From the IMG/VR virus record IMGVR_UViG_3300021399_004696: DNA of 64,000 nucleotides; one strand, given 5' to 3'. Positions within the stretch are counted from its first letter, which is position 1; every line of letters starts with the position of its first letter. Source of the stretch: an uncultured virus (IMG/VR IMGVR_UViG_3300021399_004696) (Duplodnaviria > Heunggongvirae > Uroviricota > Caudoviricetes). The position numbers and the translations under genes are program-made. Under the pieces are notes generated by a model. That model was not told the DNA's origin, made no database searches, and saw only the letters and a program-made list of their open reading frames with translations. Positions 29,087-39,385 of this stretch are shown one piece after another.

Positions 29087-31291
29087 ATGAAGGTTATCAA
29101 GAGATCCGGAAGAGAGGTTGAGTTTGACCTTTCTAAGATAGTAAATGCAGTAAGTAAGGCTAATGCAGCTTGTCCCGATCCTGAGGCAAGACTTCTTGAT
29201 TCTCAGATCCAGACGATCGCTGAGAAAGTTAAGAGAGCAGTAGAGGATATGCCTCATACGGCTCAGATCGAGGAGATCCAGGATCTTGTAGAGAAGGCCA
29301 TTATGGGTCAGCAGGCTTTTACAGTTGCAAAGCTCTATATGGAGTATCGTTATCAGAGAACTCTTGCTCGTAAGGCTAATTCTACTGATGACGCAATCCT
29401 GTCCCTTCTCGACCAGAACAACGAGGAATTGAAGCAGGAGAATTCCAACAAGAATCCGATGATCGCTTCTACTCAGCGTGATTACATGGCCGGTGAAGTT
29501 TCCAAGGATATCACTAACAGACTTCTTCTCCCTCGGGAGATCGTAGAGGCTCATCAGCAGGGAATCATCCATTTCCACGATGCTGATTACTTCGCCATGC
29601 ACATCCATAACTGCGACCTTGTCAATCTTGAAGATATGCTTCAGAACGGTACGGTCATTACTGATACTATGATCGAGAAGCCCCATTCTTTCGATACGGC
29701 CTGCAATATCGCAACACAGATCGTAGCTCAAGTAGCGAGCAATCAGTACGGCGGCCAGACGATCTCTTTGGCGCATCTGGCACCTTTTGTTGAGGTTTCC
29801 AGACAAAAGCACATCAAGACCATTCTTAAAGAAGGTGAAGAGATCGGCGTTACTTATACTGATGAGCAGGTCAAGAAGATCGCAGAGGGGCGTGTTAAGG
29901 AAGAGATCGCTCGTGGTGTTCAGAAGATCCAGTATCAACTTATCACTCTTATGACCACAAACGGTCAGACCCCCTTCGTATCTGTTATGATGTACCTCGA
30001 TGAGGTTCCTGAAGGTCAGGCCAGAGATGACCTCGCTATGGTCATTGAGGAAGTTCTTAATCAGAGAATCCAGGGCGTTAAGAACTATAAGGGTGTTTGG
30101 GTAACTCCCGCGTTCCCTAAGCTTCTCTACGTTCTTGATGAAGATAACATCCATCCTGACAGCAGGTATTACGATCTTACAAGACTTGCAGCCAAGTGTA
30201 CGGCCAAGAGAATGGTTCCCGATTACATTTCCGCTAAGATAATGAAGGAGCTTAAGGGCGAAGTATATCCTTGCATGGGTTGCCGTTCCTTCTTAACACC
30301 AGATCGCTTTACGGATAAGGGCATAGGCAATATCGCAAATGCCATGAACTACAAAGAGGGCGAGCATAAGTACTACGGCCGCTTCAACCAGGGCGTTGTT
30401 ACCATCAATCTTGTTGATGTAGCTTGTTCCTCCGGCGGTGATATGGATAAGTTCTGGCAGATCCTTGACGACAGGCTTGAACTTTGCCACAGAGCACTCC
30501 GTATCCGTCACGAAAGGCTCCTCGGAACTGTTTCCGATACAGCACCTATCCTTTGGCAGTACGGCGCTCTTGCAAGGCTTAAGAAGGGCGAGACAATCGA
30601 TAATCTTCTTTATGACGGTTATTCCACGATCTCTCTCGGCTATGCCGGCATCTATGAGATGACCAGATACATGACAGGGGAGAGCCATACAGAAGAAAAC
30701 GGTAAGCAGTTTGCTCTTAAGGTTATGCAGGCTCTTAATGACGCTTGCGGTAAGTGGAAGGCTGCAGAAAACATTGATTATTCTCTTTACGGCACGCCTA
30801 TGGAGTCCACGACCTATAAGTTCGCTAAGGCCCTTCAGAACCGCTTCGGCATCATCCCTGAGGTTACAGACCATAACTACATCACTAACTCTTACCACAT
30901 CAACGTAAGAGAAGAGATCAACGCTTTTGAAAAGCTTACTAAGGAAGCTGAATTCCAGAAGCTTTCTCCCGGCGGTGCTATCTCCTATGTAGAGGTTCCC
31001 GACATGAAGAACAACCTTGACGCTGTTATGGCAGTGCTTGACCACATCTATAACACGATCATGTACGCAGAGCTGAACACCAAGTCTGATTACTGTCAGG
31101 TTTGCGGTTATGACGGCGAGATCGCAGTTCTCGAAGACGAGCATAAAAAGCTTATCTGGAAGTGCCCTAATTGCGGTAATACCAACCAGTCCAAGATGAA
31201 CGTAGCAAGACGTACTTGCGGTTATATCGGCACTCAGTTCTGGAATCAGGGCAGGACACAGGAGATTAAAGACAGGGTGCTGCACCTTTGA
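29087..31291 (+). CDS. nrdD: anaerobic (class III) ribonucleoside-triphosphate reductase
   Basis: ATP-cone MKVIKRSG, HNCDLV, MGCRSFL, CxxC...CxxC, glycyl-radical motif RRTCGYIG. Confidence 0.97.
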   Translation: MKVIKRSGREVEFDLSKIVNAVSKANAACPDPEARLLDSQIQTIAEKVKRAVEDMPHTAQIEEIQDLVEKAIMGQQAFTVAKLYMEYRYQRTLARKANSTDDAILSLLDQNNEELKQENSNKNPMIASTQRDYMAGEVSKDITNRLLLPREIVEAHQQGIIHFHDADYFAMHIHNCDLVNLEDMLQNGTVITDTMIEKPHSFDTACNIATQIVAQVASNQYGGQTISLAHLAPFVEVSRQKHIKTILKEGEEIGVTYTDEQVKKIAEGRVKEEIARGVQKIQYQLITLMTTNGQTPFVSVMMYLDEVPEGQARDDLAMVIEEVLNQRIQGVKNYKGVWVTPAFPKLLYVLDEDNIHPDSRYYDLTRLAAKCTAKRMVPDYISAKIMKELKGEVYPCMGCRSFLTPDRFTDKGIGNIANAMNYKEGEHKYYGRFNQGVVTINLVDVACSSGGDMDKFWQILDDRLELCHRALRIRHERLLGTVSDTAPILWQYGALARLKKGETIDNLLYDGYSTISLGYAGIYEMTRYMTGESHTEENGKQFALKVMQALNDACGKWKAAENIDYSLYGTPMESTTYKFAKALQNRFGIIPEVTDHNYITNSYHINVREEINAFEKLTKEAEFQKLSPGGAISYVEVPDMKNNLDAVMAVLDHIYNTIMYAELNTKSDYCQVCGYDGEIAVLEDEHKKLIWKCPNCGNTNQSKMNVARRTCGYIGTQFWNQGRTQEIKDRVLHL

Positions 31292-31340
31292 TCTCGATCA
31301 TCACTACGCACAAAAACTTAAACCTCATACTTTTATCTTT

Positions 31341-31373
31341 GCGGAACGCCCTTCTTCGGAGGGGCGTTTTCGC
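31341..31373 (+). terminator. intrinsic terminator
   Basis: AACGCCCTTC-TTCG-GAGGGGCGTT hairpin. Confidence 0.75.
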
Positions 31374-31443
31374 GTGTCTGATGTAACACCCTAAAACCGT
31401 TTTCTTTTCCAGAATCTTTATACTTAAAGCAATATAAGGAGAA

Positions 31444-32283
31444 ATGCCTATGAACCGTTTAACCGTAGATAAGATGCAACAAAGCTCGATAGAGTTGAAT
31501 TCTTTACTTTTTGAAGAGCACCCCGAGGTGTTTTCAAAATATTATTCGGTTGTTTTTCTTGATACGGAAACGACCGGGCTGGACCCCAAGAAAGACAACA
31601 TTATCGAATTGGCTTGTCTGGTATATCACAGGATCAACGATCCGCTTCATCCTTATCCGGCCCCCAACTTTGAGTTGACCGACTCATTATCTACTTTAAT
31701 AAAGCTGCCGGAAGGGAAGAGCGTTCCTGATTTTATCACGAATATCAATCACATTACTGATAAGGACTTGCAGGAAAGAGGTAATGAGGCCCATACGGTA
31801 TTTCAATACCTGACTAACAATCTGACCTTCGCAAATCACGGTAATGCTTCTCTTGTAGTTGCTTATAACGCAGATTTCGATCTGAGGTTTTTATTCTCGG
31901 AATTTCAGAACAGGGGCCGTGAAGGTAACCTTCGTATATTGCAAGAAGTAGATGTTTTAGATCCTTTAACAGTTATGAGGGCCAGATATCCGAACGAGCA
32001 TCATAAACTTGGTGAAGCTTTAGCTAAGTTCAATATAGAAGGCGCCGTAAACGATCATACAGCCCTGCACGATACAGAGGCTTTGTTAAAGCTTACGCAG
32101 GCGTTACAGAAAGAAAAGCCCGACCTTAACGAGTACATTAACGAGCTTACATACAGAGCAAAGTATGGAATCCCTGACTCTGATAATCGGTTGTCCGATC
32201 CTAAATTCAGGTATTTTGATGAAGATGAGATAGTTGGCTGGCATTATGGCTTAAATAACCCTACAGAGGGAAAGGAGATATAA
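31444..32283 (+). CDS. DEDDh 3'-5' exonuclease (DnaQ-like), C-terminus GKEI
   Basis: FLDTETTGL, AYNADFD, HTALHD. Confidence 0.9.
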   Translation: MPMNRLTVDKMQQSSIELNSLLFEEHPEVFSKYYSVVFLDTETTGLDPKKDNIIELACLVYHRINDPLHPYPAPNFELTDSLSTLIKLPEGKSVPDFITNINHITDKDLQERGNEAHTVFQYLTNNLTFANHGNASLVVAYNADFDLRFLFSEFQNRGREGNLRILQEVDVLDPLTVMRARYPNEHHKLGEALAKFNIEGAVNDHTALHDTEALLKLTQALQKEKPDLNEYINELTYRAKYGIPDSDNRLSDPKFRYFDEDEIVGWHYGLNNPTEGKEI

Positions 32284-32286
32284 CTT

Positions 32287-32754
32287 ATGATAATGAATAA
32301 CAGCGACATTGATTTTTTGAAAGGAATTCAGGAACAGATGATCTCGCGTTTAGAGGATCTGAAAAACGAAGATGTTTCTTTACGCGTTTATGAGGTTCCG
32401 GCCAAGCTCATAGAAGACGAGCTTAATGCAGGTTCCTGGTATAGTAACGCGCTCGAACCCAAAATTGACATTAGTAATCACTATGCCGTGTTTGACGCGA
32501 TGTATACGCATCTGAAAGATACCACAGGCGTTGAATATAATCCGTTCGAAGATCCTGAAGGGTTCCATCTCGAAGTGTTAAAAGAGTTGTTTTCTGTTGC
32601 ATATGTCGGTGCGATCGATCAGGCCGGCTTGACTCCTTCTTGGGACTCCTTTGTTGATATAGACAATACCTTTGTTGAAAAGGTTAAAGAGGGGTCGGAA
32701 CATTTTGATCTGTCTATATGGGTCAGAAATATTTCTAATGGCCCGTCTTTGTGA
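32287..32754 (+). CDS. acidic orphan, C-terminus GPSL
   Basis: AAGGAG SD. Confidence 0.7.
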   Translation: MIMNNSDIDFLKGIQEQMISRLEDLKNEDVSLRVYEVPAKLIEDELNAGSWYSNALEPKIDISNHYAVFDAMYTHLKDTTGVEYNPFEDPEGFHLEVLKELFSVAYVGAIDQAGLTPSWDSFVDIDNTFVEKVKEGSEHFDLSIWVRNISNGPSL

Positions 32755-32814
32755 ACATTCTCCAGAATAGGTCAAAGATGTTGCTGGTGTTTTATCTGGT
32801 ATGGAGATGAAATT

Positions 32815-33714
32815 ATGAGAAAACTTGTGTATTTAATGTTTGTATTTGTTTTCGTTTTTGCTTTATGTTCATGTGAAACGGATCACACTGAGACATCTGA
32901 AATTTCAAATAACAGCATTACAAGTAGTGATGACGTAAATGCTTCGGATTCAAGCGAAAGTGTTGAATCTGAGACGACGCTTACCTCTGATAATAATATA
33001 TCAAGTACTACATCATCGGATGAAGGGTTTGTAGTTCAGGATTATATGGTCATGAACTATGTGGGCCTTACATATGATGAAGTCAAAGATGAGCTGGACA
33101 GGAACGGTATCAGCTATGAGGTAGTCTATGAGACTACTGATGATTATGAGCCGGGTGTCGTATTGGATCAGAGCATTGCGGAAGGCGTTGTCATCGCCGC
33201 TAATTCGAGCATTCACACGATCGAGCTTACCATATCAGCCGAAGAAGACCTTATTACTCTCGCCGATTACTATAACCTTGATTACCAGCAGGTATATCAG
33301 TCGCTTCAGGGCCTCGGACTTTCCGTAAGCGTACTTGATGAGGTGAGCGAGGATGTTGAACCTAACCACGTTATCAGAACTGAGCCTCAGGCCGGAACCT
33401 CTGTTGCTCCTGGCTCTTCTGTCGTTATCATCTATTCGATAGAGCCTACCACGAGCGTAGTTTCTAATCTCTGCGGTATGAACCTTACAGGGGCGAGAGC
33501 CACAGTCGAGGAGGCTGGCCTTACTGTTGGTACCATCGAGGGCGCCGATGAAGTAGTCGCACTGCCCGAGAGCCAACAGTACATAATTCTTACAGATCCG
33601 CCTGCAGGCGCAACCGTTCCCAGAAATTCTTCCGTTAAGATCTATGTCGGCACAGTGGAAGATGTTCAGCGCGGCGGTACGCCTACTCCCACACCTATAC
33701 CTGTTGTTGAATAG
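32815..33714 (+). CDS. PASTA-domain lipoprotein (three PASTA repeats, no kinase)
   Basis: Lipobox LCSC, Ser-rich linker, repeats NYVGLTY..VLDQS / VIRTEPQAG / TDPPAG. Confidence 0.8.
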   Translation: MRKLVYLMFVFVFVFALCSCETDHTETSEISNNSITSSDDVNASDSSESVESETTLTSDNNISSTTSSDEGFVVQDYMVMNYVGLTYDEVKDELDRNGISYEVVYETTDDYEPGVVLDQSIAEGVVIAANSSIHTIELTISAEEDLITLADYYNLDYQQVYQSLQGLGLSVSVLDEVSEDVEPNHVIRTEPQAGTSVAPGSSVVIIYSIEPTTSVVSNLCGMNLTGARATVEEAGLTVGTIEGADEVVALPESQQYIILTDPPAGATVPRNSSVKIYVGTVEDVQRGGTPTPTPIPVVE

Positions 33715-33797
33715 ATGGCATAAAGTAACACACCTGGTGCTAAAACTGGCATTAGTAATTATTATATCTCAAACCCTGATAAAGCTCGGTTCTGATG

Positions 33798-33828
33798 CCG
33801 GGCTTTATCTTTCTTAACGTGGGATAAT
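33798..33828 (+). promoter_or_regulatory. CCGGG-N20 promoter overlapping a hairpin
   Basis: CCGGG 33798, GATAAT 33823. Confidence 0.7.
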
Positions 33829-33862
33829 CTAAGTATCAAAAGAGAAAGAGAGGATATCGGTT

Positions 33863-34123
33863 ATGTCACTTAGTCCCAAAGCATTGGAAATCGGAAAAGC
33901 TTTTAATTGTGGCCCACTCGGTAACGAAGTTATCGATGAGCTTGCACACGAGCACAGAACCATTCAGCAGAACATGATGAGATTTTGCGTTAAGTACATC
34001 AAGCGCATAGCTCAGGAAACCTACTACGATGATCGTAACGCAGCTTCAGTAGAACTGGCAAAGGCTCTGCTTAACGTTCCCGGAGTTGAAGAGATCTTGG
34101 ATCGTCCGCTCCCGTTCATTTGA
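33863..34123 (+). CDS. hypothetical protein
   Basis: GAGGA SD; EHRTIQQ..DDRN motif. Confidence 0.7.
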   Translation: MSLSPKALEIGKAFNCGPLGNEVIDELAHEHRTIQQNMMRFCVKYIKRIAQETYYDDRNAASVELAKALLNVPGVEEILDRPLPFI

Positions 34124-34208
34124 CGGGGGCAGAAAAAAGGGGCTTCATACCTAAAAGTTCCGAGAGCAAGCTACAAGAGCAAGAAACAGAGAGGATCAAA
34201 CCCACAGT

Positions 34209-34252
34209 GTAACACCCTTTACCGGGTGTTTCTGTTTGTAAAGAAGGATAAT
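34209..34252 (+). promoter_or_regulatory. GTAACAC box plus CCGGG-N20 promoter
   Basis: GTAACAC 34209, CCGGG 34222, GATAAT 34247. Confidence 0.75.
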
Positions 34253-34282
34253 AAAGAAGAGAAAAATCGGAGGTGTTTTATT

Positions 34283-34942
34283 ATGAAAGACAATTATCTT
34301 CCTAAAGAGCCTATAACAGACGAGCAGGCATGTAATTTCTTGAGTGGAACAGATGATTGGTCCACTTTCGAACACCTTGCTTATGACCGTTATCAGGAAG
34401 TGAAAGATTCGATCGGCATGGATTTCCGCGCCGGTACTTTTGATGATTTCATTAAAGCGACCAGAGATCTTGACTTGATCGATAACGACCTTGTTGCTGA
34501 GGCTTGTAAAATGATACAAGAAGAGGGCAAGATTCCCGAGACACTTGATAAGGAGTTTATGGCGCGTTTGTTTGACCGTACAGTTCCTATCTGGAAAGAA
34601 AACATAATCGAATACTTTTCTTCTGAGTACGGCGATGAGATCAAAAGGATCTACGATGATCAGGTTGATCGTGATAAGTGCGGGGATGCCGGATATCCGT
34701 TTACGGAAAGTGCTTTCTGTGACTTCTGTCCTAATACGGATACTAAACCTATCGTCAAAGCTTGGGTTGAAGAATGTAAGTACAACCTGGACGACATAAC
34801 AGACTCTAATCAGTATGAACAGTGGATCGCCGATAGAATCTGGGATTACTTTGATTTTGATGAAAACGCGTTTAATGATGCCTGGAGAGAGTCGGAAGAA
34901 GAAAGGGCCTATATCGACAGTATGAGGTACGGACCGCTGTGA
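34283..34942 (+). CDS. acidic orphan, C-terminus YGPL
   Basis: GGAGGT SD. Confidence 0.75.
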   Translation: MKDNYLPKEPITDEQACNFLSGTDDWSTFEHLAYDRYQEVKDSIGMDFRAGTFDDFIKATRDLDLIDNDLVAEACKMIQEEGKIPETLDKEFMARLFDRTVPIWKENIIEYFSSEYGDEIKRIYDDQVDRDKCGDAGYPFTESAFCDFCPNTDTKPIVKAWVEECKYNLDDITDSNQYEQWIADRIWDYFDFDENAFNDAWRESEEERAYIDSMRYGPL

Positions 34943-35127
34943 TGGATAGGCCGGACATCAAAACGTATTTGATAATACTCGCGTTCATACTGATATTTGT
35001 TTTTCTAATATGGTATGAAGTCCACTACGTAACAACGTACGACTATACACAAAACACAACACCTTCAAGGTCGGTTCAGACCATTCAGGTGATGGAGGTA
35101 ACAGATGAATCAGATCAGCAATCCTGA
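34939..35127 (+). CDS. small membrane protein
   Basis: One TM segment; overlaps both neighbours. Confidence 0.5.
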   Translation: MMDRPDIKTYLIILAFILIFVFLIWYEVHYVTTYDYTQNTTPSRSVQTIQVMEVTDESDQQS

Positions 35128-35593
35128 TATAAAAGAGGCTTTTTTAAAGGATATCGTAAAGCATGTAGAAGATTTTGTTGTTACAAGGATGTGCAATCTT
35201 GATCTGAATAAAGACCGAGTTATGGCGCTTAAGAGAGAAGACCCCGACGAAGTTGCTCTTATATATGGTGAAGACTACGGGGATCTGTCTGAAGTGTTCA
35301 GAAAAGATATTGTCAATGAAGGTTTTTGTAACTATATGTTGACCGCCGATGCGGACAAAGCTGATTTTGATATTAAGGAAGATGATTGGCCCGAATTTTT
35401 AGGTGAGATGATCGATCTGTTGGAGGATTTTCTTTCTGAAGATGACAGACTTGGTGATATCGCAGGCAGGGAACCCACCACATATTTTGATGATAGGCTT
35501 ATATTTACGCAAACCGAGCGGGAGACGCTTATATGCGCATATGACAAGCTTCTTACGGCTTGGGGCATTATTGCCCCCGAACCGGAGCTTTGA
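35105..35593 (+). CDS. acidic orphan, C-terminus EPEL
   Basis: GGAGGT SD. Confidence 0.75.
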   Translation: MNQISNPDIKEAFLKDIVKHVEDFVVTRMCNLDLNKDRVMALKREDPDEVALIYGEDYGDLSEVFRKDIVNEGFCNYMLTADADKADFDIKEDDWPEFLGEMIDLLEDFLSEDDRLGDIAGREPTTYFDDRLIFTQTERETLICAYDKLLTAWGIIAPEPEL

Positions 35594-35614
35594 TGAAGGG
35601 AGGACATACATAGA

Positions 35615-35851
35615 ATGTCTAAGCAGATAACTATTGAGCCTGAGCTTGAGCGAGCTATCGTTGATATGTGTGATGATGAACTTAATTATCATATTAAGGA
35701 GTCCGGCTGCGCAGAAGAATATGCAAGCGAAATCAGCGTTCAGATAAGGCTTTTGGAAAAGCTCGGGTACAGCCAAAAAGCAAAGCAGTATCAGGAGCAA
35801 TTTCAAAATTACATGACAGAATTAGGCGACGGAAGATTTAGGAGGCGGTAA
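35615..35851 (+). CDS. hypothetical protein
   Basis: GGGAGG SD. Confidence 0.65.
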   Translation: MSKQITIEPELERAIVDMCDDELNYHIKESGCAEEYASEISVQIRLLEKLGYSQKAKQYQEQFQNYMTELGDGRFRRR

Positions 35852-35852
35852 A

Positions 35853-36011
35853 ATGGATATTTATTTTAGTGATTTAAACACCGATGCACAGAAGAGACTT
35901 ATGGAAGAAGCCGGGATCTCGGACCCCAAAGAAGCTAACTGGGATGTTGATATCGTTCCTATCGCAAGCATAGAGTTCGAGCTTGAACACGAAGATTCTA
36001 TCGCGGATTAA
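35853..36011 (+). CDS. 52-aa acidic protein (not in the ORF track)
   Basis: AGGAGG SD; MDIYFSDLNTDAQKRLMEEAGISDPKEANWDVDIVPIASIEFELEHEDSIAD. Confidence 0.65.
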   Translation: MDIYFSDLNTDAQKRLMEEAGISDPKEANWDVDIVPIASIEFELEHEDSIAD

Positions 36012-36023
36012 AGGAGGATTTTT

Positions 36024-36326
36024 ATGGATCTGGAAAGAAATTTCCCCGCTTTCGAGCTTGGTCAGACAGTTATGACTATCGGTATCAGCGCTGCTATCGA
36101 ACAAGATCCCGATTTTAGAAACGAGATTGAAGAAGCATTGGATCGTTATAAGAAGTGTGACTGGGGAGACTTGGACCCTGATGATGCTGCTATGAATGAT
36201 GCAGCTCTTGACCCTGATACACCTGACAGGATTCTGGCGGCTTATCAGACCAGCCATAATAAGATCTGGATCATTACCGAATGGGACAGGTCAGCAACAA
36301 CGATACTGTTTCCTGATGAGTATTAA
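36024..36326 (+). CDS. conserved plasmid-associated hypothetical
   Basis: CDWGDL...NDAAL...RILAAY...IWIITEWDRSATTILFPDEY, a family typical of plasmids/ICEs. Confidence 0.8.
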   Translation: MDLERNFPAFELGQTVMTIGISAAIEQDPDFRNEIEEALDRYKKCDWGDLDPDDAAMNDAALDPDTPDRILAAYQTSHNKIWIITEWDRSATTILFPDEY

Positions 36327-36393
36327 CATCAAGACATAAATCAACACCGAAAGGAAAGAGGCGGCTGTTTATATGGCGGTCTCTTTTCTGATT

Positions 36394-36424
36394 CCGGGAA
36401 TATAAAGCGGAATTTTTTTAAAAT
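36394..36424 (+). promoter_or_regulatory. CCGGG-N20 promoter
   Basis: CCGGG 36394, TAAAAT 36419. Confidence 0.75.
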
Positions 36425-36455
36425 CATTATAGATAAAATGAATATGAGGTGTAAT

Positions 36456-37142
36456 ATGCGCAGGACTATAGAATTACCCAGAATCGATTTTGAGGGTAAA
36501 GGTAAGCCGAGGAATCGTGTTGATGCGACATTATCCTTGGTTGACCTTCCCGATGGTAAATATCAGTTTACGGCTACAGCCCGTGTCTGGTCTGTTTTTC
36601 ACACAAAGATCTTGAAAGCGGGTACTTGTTTCGATATCTTGGATCAGTTTAACGAGCTTAGAAACGATCCTATTTATAAGAACATTTCGCATTTCTATCA
36701 CGAGCATCAGTCCAATGACAAAAGACCCGGAACAGCCGAACAGGAGGAAGCTGTTAAGGAATACTTCAGGGAAAGCGGGGAAACGTACAGTTTTGAAAAG
36801 GCTGTGCAGATCTTGCAGGACAGAGGGCTTTACATAGTCGACCTGCCTTCCGGCGAGAAGTATCGCTACGGCGATAGTTTTATATATCACGAGATCCCTA
36901 AAAACGATATCGACAGCATTAAGCTCCTTATCGAGAGCAATGCTCAGACGGTAACAAATACGGGCAAGCCTATCAAAGAAGCTAAAAAAGGGAAGAAGGC
37001 TCCTGTTCCCGTGCCGAGTGAAGATATTACTGCAGAACAGCCCGCAGATGAGGCCGTAGAGGTTTTTGAAGATGGTGTATCGGAAATGTCCGAAACTGTT
37101 GAAGGGCATGAGCTTTTTGAACCTATTGAAACGGATGACTAA
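36456..37142 (+). CDS. hypothetical protein
   Basis: GAGGTG SD. Confidence 0.7.
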   Translation: MRRTIELPRIDFEGKGKPRNRVDATLSLVDLPDGKYQFTATARVWSVFHTKILKAGTCFDILDQFNELRNDPIYKNISHFYHEHQSNDKRPGTAEQEEAVKEYFRESGETYSFEKAVQILQDRGLYIVDLPSGEKYRYGDSFIYHEIPKNDIDSIKLLIESNAQTVTNTGKPIKEAKKGKKAPVPVPSEDITAEQPADEAVEVFEDGVSEMSETVEGHELFEPIETDD

Positions 37143-37162
37143 GCAAAACAGAGGTAAAGTAT

Positions 37163-38221
37163 ATGAAAGACTGTGTATTGAACGAATTTGTATGTTTAGT
37201 AGGTATACCGGGCTCCGGAAAAAGCACTTGGGCTAAGAATAAAATAGCTGAAGATCCTTCGTATGTCTGGCTGTCCTCCGATAGCATAAGGCAGGAGCAT
37301 CCGACTTGGGACAACGGACAGATCTTTGAATACATGAAAAAGATGTCCATTAAGCTTATATGCGAAGGGAAATCGGTTATCTACGACGCGACTAACCTGA
37401 ACTTTAAGCTCAGGCACGCTTTAAGAAAGACTTTAGATAAGGCTTATCATAAAGGTGCGTTGTTTGGTACCAGATGTATCCTATTTGCAACACCTGAATA
37501 TATCTGCAGGGAGCGTAATAGTATGCGGGAAGGTAACGCCCGTGTTCCTGAAAATGTTATTACAAAATATCTCAAATGTTTTACTCCGCCTATGTCTTTT
37601 GAGGGCTGGGGGCGTATTGAGATCGAATATACGCACAATAAAAAAAATGAATGGGCCGACTTGTTTTGTAATGAAAACGGGATACTGGACACGTTTGATC
37701 AAGAGAATCCGCATCACGAGCTTTCTTTAGGCGAGCACATGAACGAAACTGCCAAAATCGCTTCGCATTTATCGTCTCTTTATGCGGAGACCGACAGTCA
37801 AATTCGCACCCCCGAAATTTTTTTGGCCGCCTTATATCACGACATAGGTAAGGTCCCGACTAAGACTTTCATTAATTGCAAAGGTGAAAAGACCGAAGAA
37901 GCGCATTATTACGGGCATGAGGGTTATGGAGCGTATATGTATGTAATACATATGCTTAAAAACTGGGAATACGCAGCCAATTCCATACCGAGCGGCCCTA
38001 ATACAACTACCATAGTAGATAAAGAGATTGTTGATCACATACTCATACCGGCTTTTTATATAAGCCAGCATATGAGACCTTACATAGCTTGGGAGACAAG
38101 TGACAAAGCTAAAGACAGAGACTCGAAGATCATCCCCGAATGGGATATGAAGGCGTTGGAGATACTGCATGAAGCAGATGTTAAAGCACATAGGCTCGGA
38201 GGCCCGGAACGTGACTTGTAA
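37163..38221 (+). CDS. P-loop polynucleotide-kinase-like domain fused to HD domain, C-terminus ERDL
   Basis: GIPGSGKST, SSDSIR, YDATNL; NPHH..LGEH, LYHDIGK, HYYGHE, LHEAD. Confidence 0.85.
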   Translation: MKDCVLNEFVCLVGIPGSGKSTWAKNKIAEDPSYVWLSSDSIRQEHPTWDNGQIFEYMKKMSIKLICEGKSVIYDATNLNFKLRHALRKTLDKAYHKGALFGTRCILFATPEYICRERNSMREGNARVPENVITKYLKCFTPPMSFEGWGRIEIEYTHNKKNEWADLFCNENGILDTFDQENPHHELSLGEHMNETAKIASHLSSLYAETDSQIRTPEIFLAALYHDIGKVPTKTFINCKGEKTEEAHYYGHEGYGAYMYVIHMLKNWEYAANSIPSGPNTTTIVDKEIVDHILIPAFYISQHMRPYIAWETSDKAKDRDSKIIPEWDMKALEILHEADVKAHRLGGPERDL

Positions 38222-38591
38222 TAATGATAAGATCGGCAGAAACTATCTTCAGGTTCAAAAATTTTCATTGATCCCGAAATATTATTACATCTTTGTGGAT
38301 ACCGTTGAAGACGAAGGTGCCCGAGTGTTAAGCGCCACAGACGGGCTGCGGTACCATTTGATCGGTTGTTTTGCAAGTGAAGAACAGTCTCCTTATGTCT
38401 ATTCGATCGTTAAGATCCCTAAAAACAAAAAGACCCAAAATCTTTTTCTGTCGGCTATGAACAGGTTATATAACAGTATGTGTTTGGCCGACGGTTTAAC
38501 ATATTGTGAAGTTTGCAAGACTTTTCATAACATCCTTCAAACGCCCGACCGGTTCCCTGAGATCAACGACATTCTTGAAGGCAACGAGTAA
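38169..38591 (+). CDS. hypothetical protein
   Basis: ORF between neighbours; true start probably downstream. Confidence 0.5.
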   Translation: MKQMLKHIGSEARNVTCNNDKIGRNYLQVQKFSLIPKYYYIFVDTVEDEGARVLSATDGLRYHLIGCFASEEQSPYVYSIVKIPKNKKTQNLFLSAMNRLYNSMCLADGLTYCEVCKTFHNILQTPDRFPEINDILEGNE

Positions 38592-38650
38592 CACATTTCT
38601 TGTTTTAGCACTGAATAGATACCGTATGCTAAAAGAAGGAGGAGACGTTT

Positions 38651-39319
38651 ATGGACGATACTAAACTGCATGATAAATATGACGTAGTCCGCTATGAAGA
38701 AGTAGAGTGGGAAAAGCGTTATAAGGTTATTGATAAAGTTACCGGTGAGACGATCGACAATGCGAATGGTGCCGGATTTACCAGCAGGCACGCAGCTTGG
38801 GCAGCCATAACATATAAAGAGCACGCCCGAATTAGAAACGAACGTTTCGATAAGATCAAAGCATTTAAAGAATATCAGGATCAAGAGCGGCCTAAATATT
38901 TTGAAGAATTGCGCAAAAGGGCTAATCAGGTTCGCAAATGCGCTCCTCGCATTAACGAAATATTCAGTCTGGCGGCAGAGTGTGAAAAAATAGGTATAAT
39001 TCTACCTAATTCATTTACGATCGATGATGCAAACGGGCAGACTTATACTTATAAGTTCCATATCGATAAGAAGTGTGTTGAGTTTCTTGCTAATGAAGAT
39101 CAAGCGTTTGTTTTCAATCTCGATACGCAAAAGGCGGTATATCCGACTAAAGGGTTTGCTACTAAGGCTGAGTGGATAAAAGCTATAGAAGATGCAAAAG
39201 CTTTTGTACGGAATTACGGTGGAGCAGAAGAGCAATTTTATAAATCTTTTGACACCAATCTTCAGATACCTAAGCAAAGAAAAACACGGAACGAACCTAA
39301 CGACGATAAAGGCCTCTAA
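38651..39319 (+). CDS. orphan, C-terminus DKGL
   Basis: AAGGAGG SD. Confidence 0.75.
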   Translation: MDDTKLHDKYDVVRYEEVEWEKRYKVIDKVTGETIDNANGAGFTSRHAAWAAITYKEHARIRNERFDKIKAFKEYQDQERPKYFEELRKRANQVRKCAPRINEIFSLAAECEKIGIILPNSFTIDDANGQTYTYKFHIDKKCVEFLANEDQAFVFNLDTQKAVYPTKGFATKAEWIKAIEDAKAFVRNYGGAEEQFYKSFDTNLQIPKQRKTRNEPNDDKGL

Positions 39320-39336
39320 CGGGGCCTTTTGTAATT

Positions 39337-39367
39337 CCGGGTGTTTTTGGTTTTTGTTTGCTACGTT
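39337..39367 (+). promoter_or_regulatory. CCGGG-N20 promoter of the RNA ligase operon
   Basis: CCGGG 39337, TACGTT 39362, just after a hairpin terminator at 39308-39330. Confidence 0.65.
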
Positions 39368-39385
39368 ATAGGTGGAGGTGAATTT

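Noticed and set aside
29054..31285. Long minus-strand ORFs opposite nrdD (also 14644..15732 opposite topB)
   Set aside because: Shadow ORFs from codon bias of the sense gene; no recognisable motifs.
31270..31291. NrdD C-terminus DRVLHL as an instance of the tag
   Set aside because: This is the normal family ending after the glycyl-radical loop.
29087..31443. nrdD without adjacent nrdG
   Set aside because: The activase may lie outside the window or come from the host; not informative.
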